A stretch of DNA of 64,000 nucleotides from Candidatus Pacearchaeota archaeon (GTDB lineage: Archaea > Nanobdellota > Nanobdellia > Pacearchaeales > GW2011-AR1): positions 75,529 through 139,528 of the forward strand of contig JAFCEE010000003.1 in the NCBI GenBank assembly GCA_017609285.1, given 5' to 3'. The stretch's first letter is position 1, and each line of letters opens with the position of its first letter. The notes beneath the pieces are model-generated. The model saw only the letters and a list, made by a program, of their open reading frames with translations, made no database searches and was not told the DNA's origin. Below are positions 62,937 through 64,000 of this stretch, piece after piece. A program made the translations under genes and the position numbers.

Positions 62937-64000
62937 TTATATTAAAGAACAATCATTTTTAGTTCTTATCCAGTAACCTAATCCCGGCTCTAAAACATCA
63001 ACACTACATCCGCATCTCCAAACTCCATACTCTTCCCTGCAATCTTCGTATTTTCCATTATAATTTTCAACTCCCTTACAAGTATTAACACCATAAACAT
63101 ATTTTATTGCTCCAATTCTGTTATAAAGATTACATGTTCCTTGATTAAATAATTCTTTTTGTGAAGTTGCTCCCATTAAATTCCAACCTGTCTTCAATTT
63201 TCCAGTTCCCAAATAACCAATTTTTTCTTGTCCAAATAATCCACCTTTAAAAACAATATAACAGTCATTTTGAACATTAATAAAATAACCTTGTCCAGGA
63301 TATAATGTATCATTAACATCCAAACAAACATAATTTGAAATATCTAAATCATCTGTTGGTTCATAATAAGCAAAAGGCTTTGAACATATATTTAAATCTT
63401 TTAACTCACAGTTTGTATAAAATTTATCAAAACTTTTTTCTTCAACTTCTCTCGGTAACGAAAAAATACTTTGCCCTGAAGGTATATTAATTCTAATATT
63501 ACATATACCTTTATCACATCCATAAGCACATTCTTCTACTAATTCTTCATCTATATAAACATTATCAAAACAACTAGCTCCATCTAAATCTGAACATCCT
63601 ATACTATGACAAGTCCTTGAATGATAAACATCATCATTTTTACAATAATTTTCTCCCCAATTTTCACAATAACTCTCCCCGCAATCCTCGATCAATACTT
63701 GCACATTTTCATAATTACATTCACAGTCATCACAACTATAACTTCTGTTATCTTGATAAAGATCATTATTAGAACAATAAGGCTCTCCTGCTAAACCATC
63801 ATCTCCACAATCCTCTTTAACTTCACATTCAGCATTACACTCCTCTATACTGCACACATGAGTTATACTTTCATCTCCTATTGTACAAGAATCTGTTTCT
63901 TCATCACAAGTTGAAGTAAAAGCTAGCCTGAAATCAAAAGTGAAAGGATTATTATCAGGATCATTTGTACAAGTTGCTATGCCAGGGATATTGAAGAGAG
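62937..64000 (-). CDS. Cys-rich extracellular protein; N-terminus beyond the window
   Basis: The reading frame stays open upstream of the first Met (63857) to the window edge. Dense Cys/Asp/Tyr/Asn pattern (CGDDG..YCSNNDLY...CDDCEC...YCENWGENYCKNDDVY..C). Confidence 0.6.
   Translation of the reverse strand, partial: LFNIPGIATCTNDPDNNPFTFDFRLAFTSTCDEETDSCTIGDESITHVCSIEECNAECEVKEDCGDDGLAGEPYCSNNDLYQDNRSYSCDDCECNYENVQVLIEDCGESYCENWGENYCKNDDVYHSRTCHSIGCSDLDGASCFDNVYIDEELVEECAYGCDKGICNIRINIPSGQSIFSLPREVEEKSFDKFYTNCELKDLNICSKPFAYYEPTDDLDISNYVCLDVNDTLYPGQGYFINVQNDCYIVFKGGLFGQEKIGYLGTGKLKTGWNLMGATSQKELFNQGTCNLYNRIGAIKYVYGVNTCKGVENYNGKYEDCREEYGVWRCGCSVDVLEPGLGYWIRTKNDCSLI

Noticed and set aside
1-64000. 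CRISPR arrays, rRNA operons, transposases and toxin-antitoxin pairs
   Set aside because: Reading through the window, I found no regularly spaced direct-repeat array, no 16S/23S-like sequence and no IS-type genes. The AbrB-type gene at 42635-43024 has no adjacent toxin-like partner.

Overview
AT-rich archaeal chromosome segment. Hand-counted 60-nt lines range from about 15% to 35% GC, and the proteins are lysine-rich. It is most consistent with a small-genome DPANN-type archaeon (inference). Core content: the transcription/translation super-operon rpoH-rpoB-rpoA-nusA-S12-S7-aEF2 and, separately, aEF1alpha; archaeal DnaG; DTD2; diphthine synthase; RNase HII; TrpRS (partial), IleRS and ArgRS; three tRNAs, two with introns; a minimal ISC Fe-S operon; and an nrdR-nrdD-nrdG-dCMP deaminase-thioredoxin block. 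Main observations: (1) An ~11.6-kb block sits between aEF-2 and aEF-1alpha. It carries a compositionally atypical Erm/KsgA-like methyltransferase, a tandem Lrp/AsnC regulator, and a tightly overlapping convergent 10-gene cluster. That cluster combines a complete preQ0-type 7-deazapurine pathway (FolE2, QueD, QueE, extended QueC-like) with carbamoyltransferase, radical-SAM/SPASM, methyltransferase, P-loop kinase, GT2 and PIG-L deacetylase genes. This is my best candidate for an undescribed system, possibly making a deazapurine aminosugar conjugate. (2) A ~126-nt GC-rich structured RNA with four cUUCGg tetraloop motifs and a three-way-junction fold. (3) The class III RNR is split, with its glycyl-radical domain on a separate overlapping ORF that has its own Shine-Dalgarno, downstream of NrdR and tandem NrdR boxes. 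(4) RNAP A' and A'' are fused in one ORF. (5) An SMC-headed protein has a central CxxC hook in place of a hinge. (6) A GGDEF diguanylate cyclase with an intact I-site, plus a class III cyclase-like receptor. (7) A tRNA-Met(CAU) locus with multiple non-canonical insertions. All homology calls rest on by-eye motif recognition; no database search was run.
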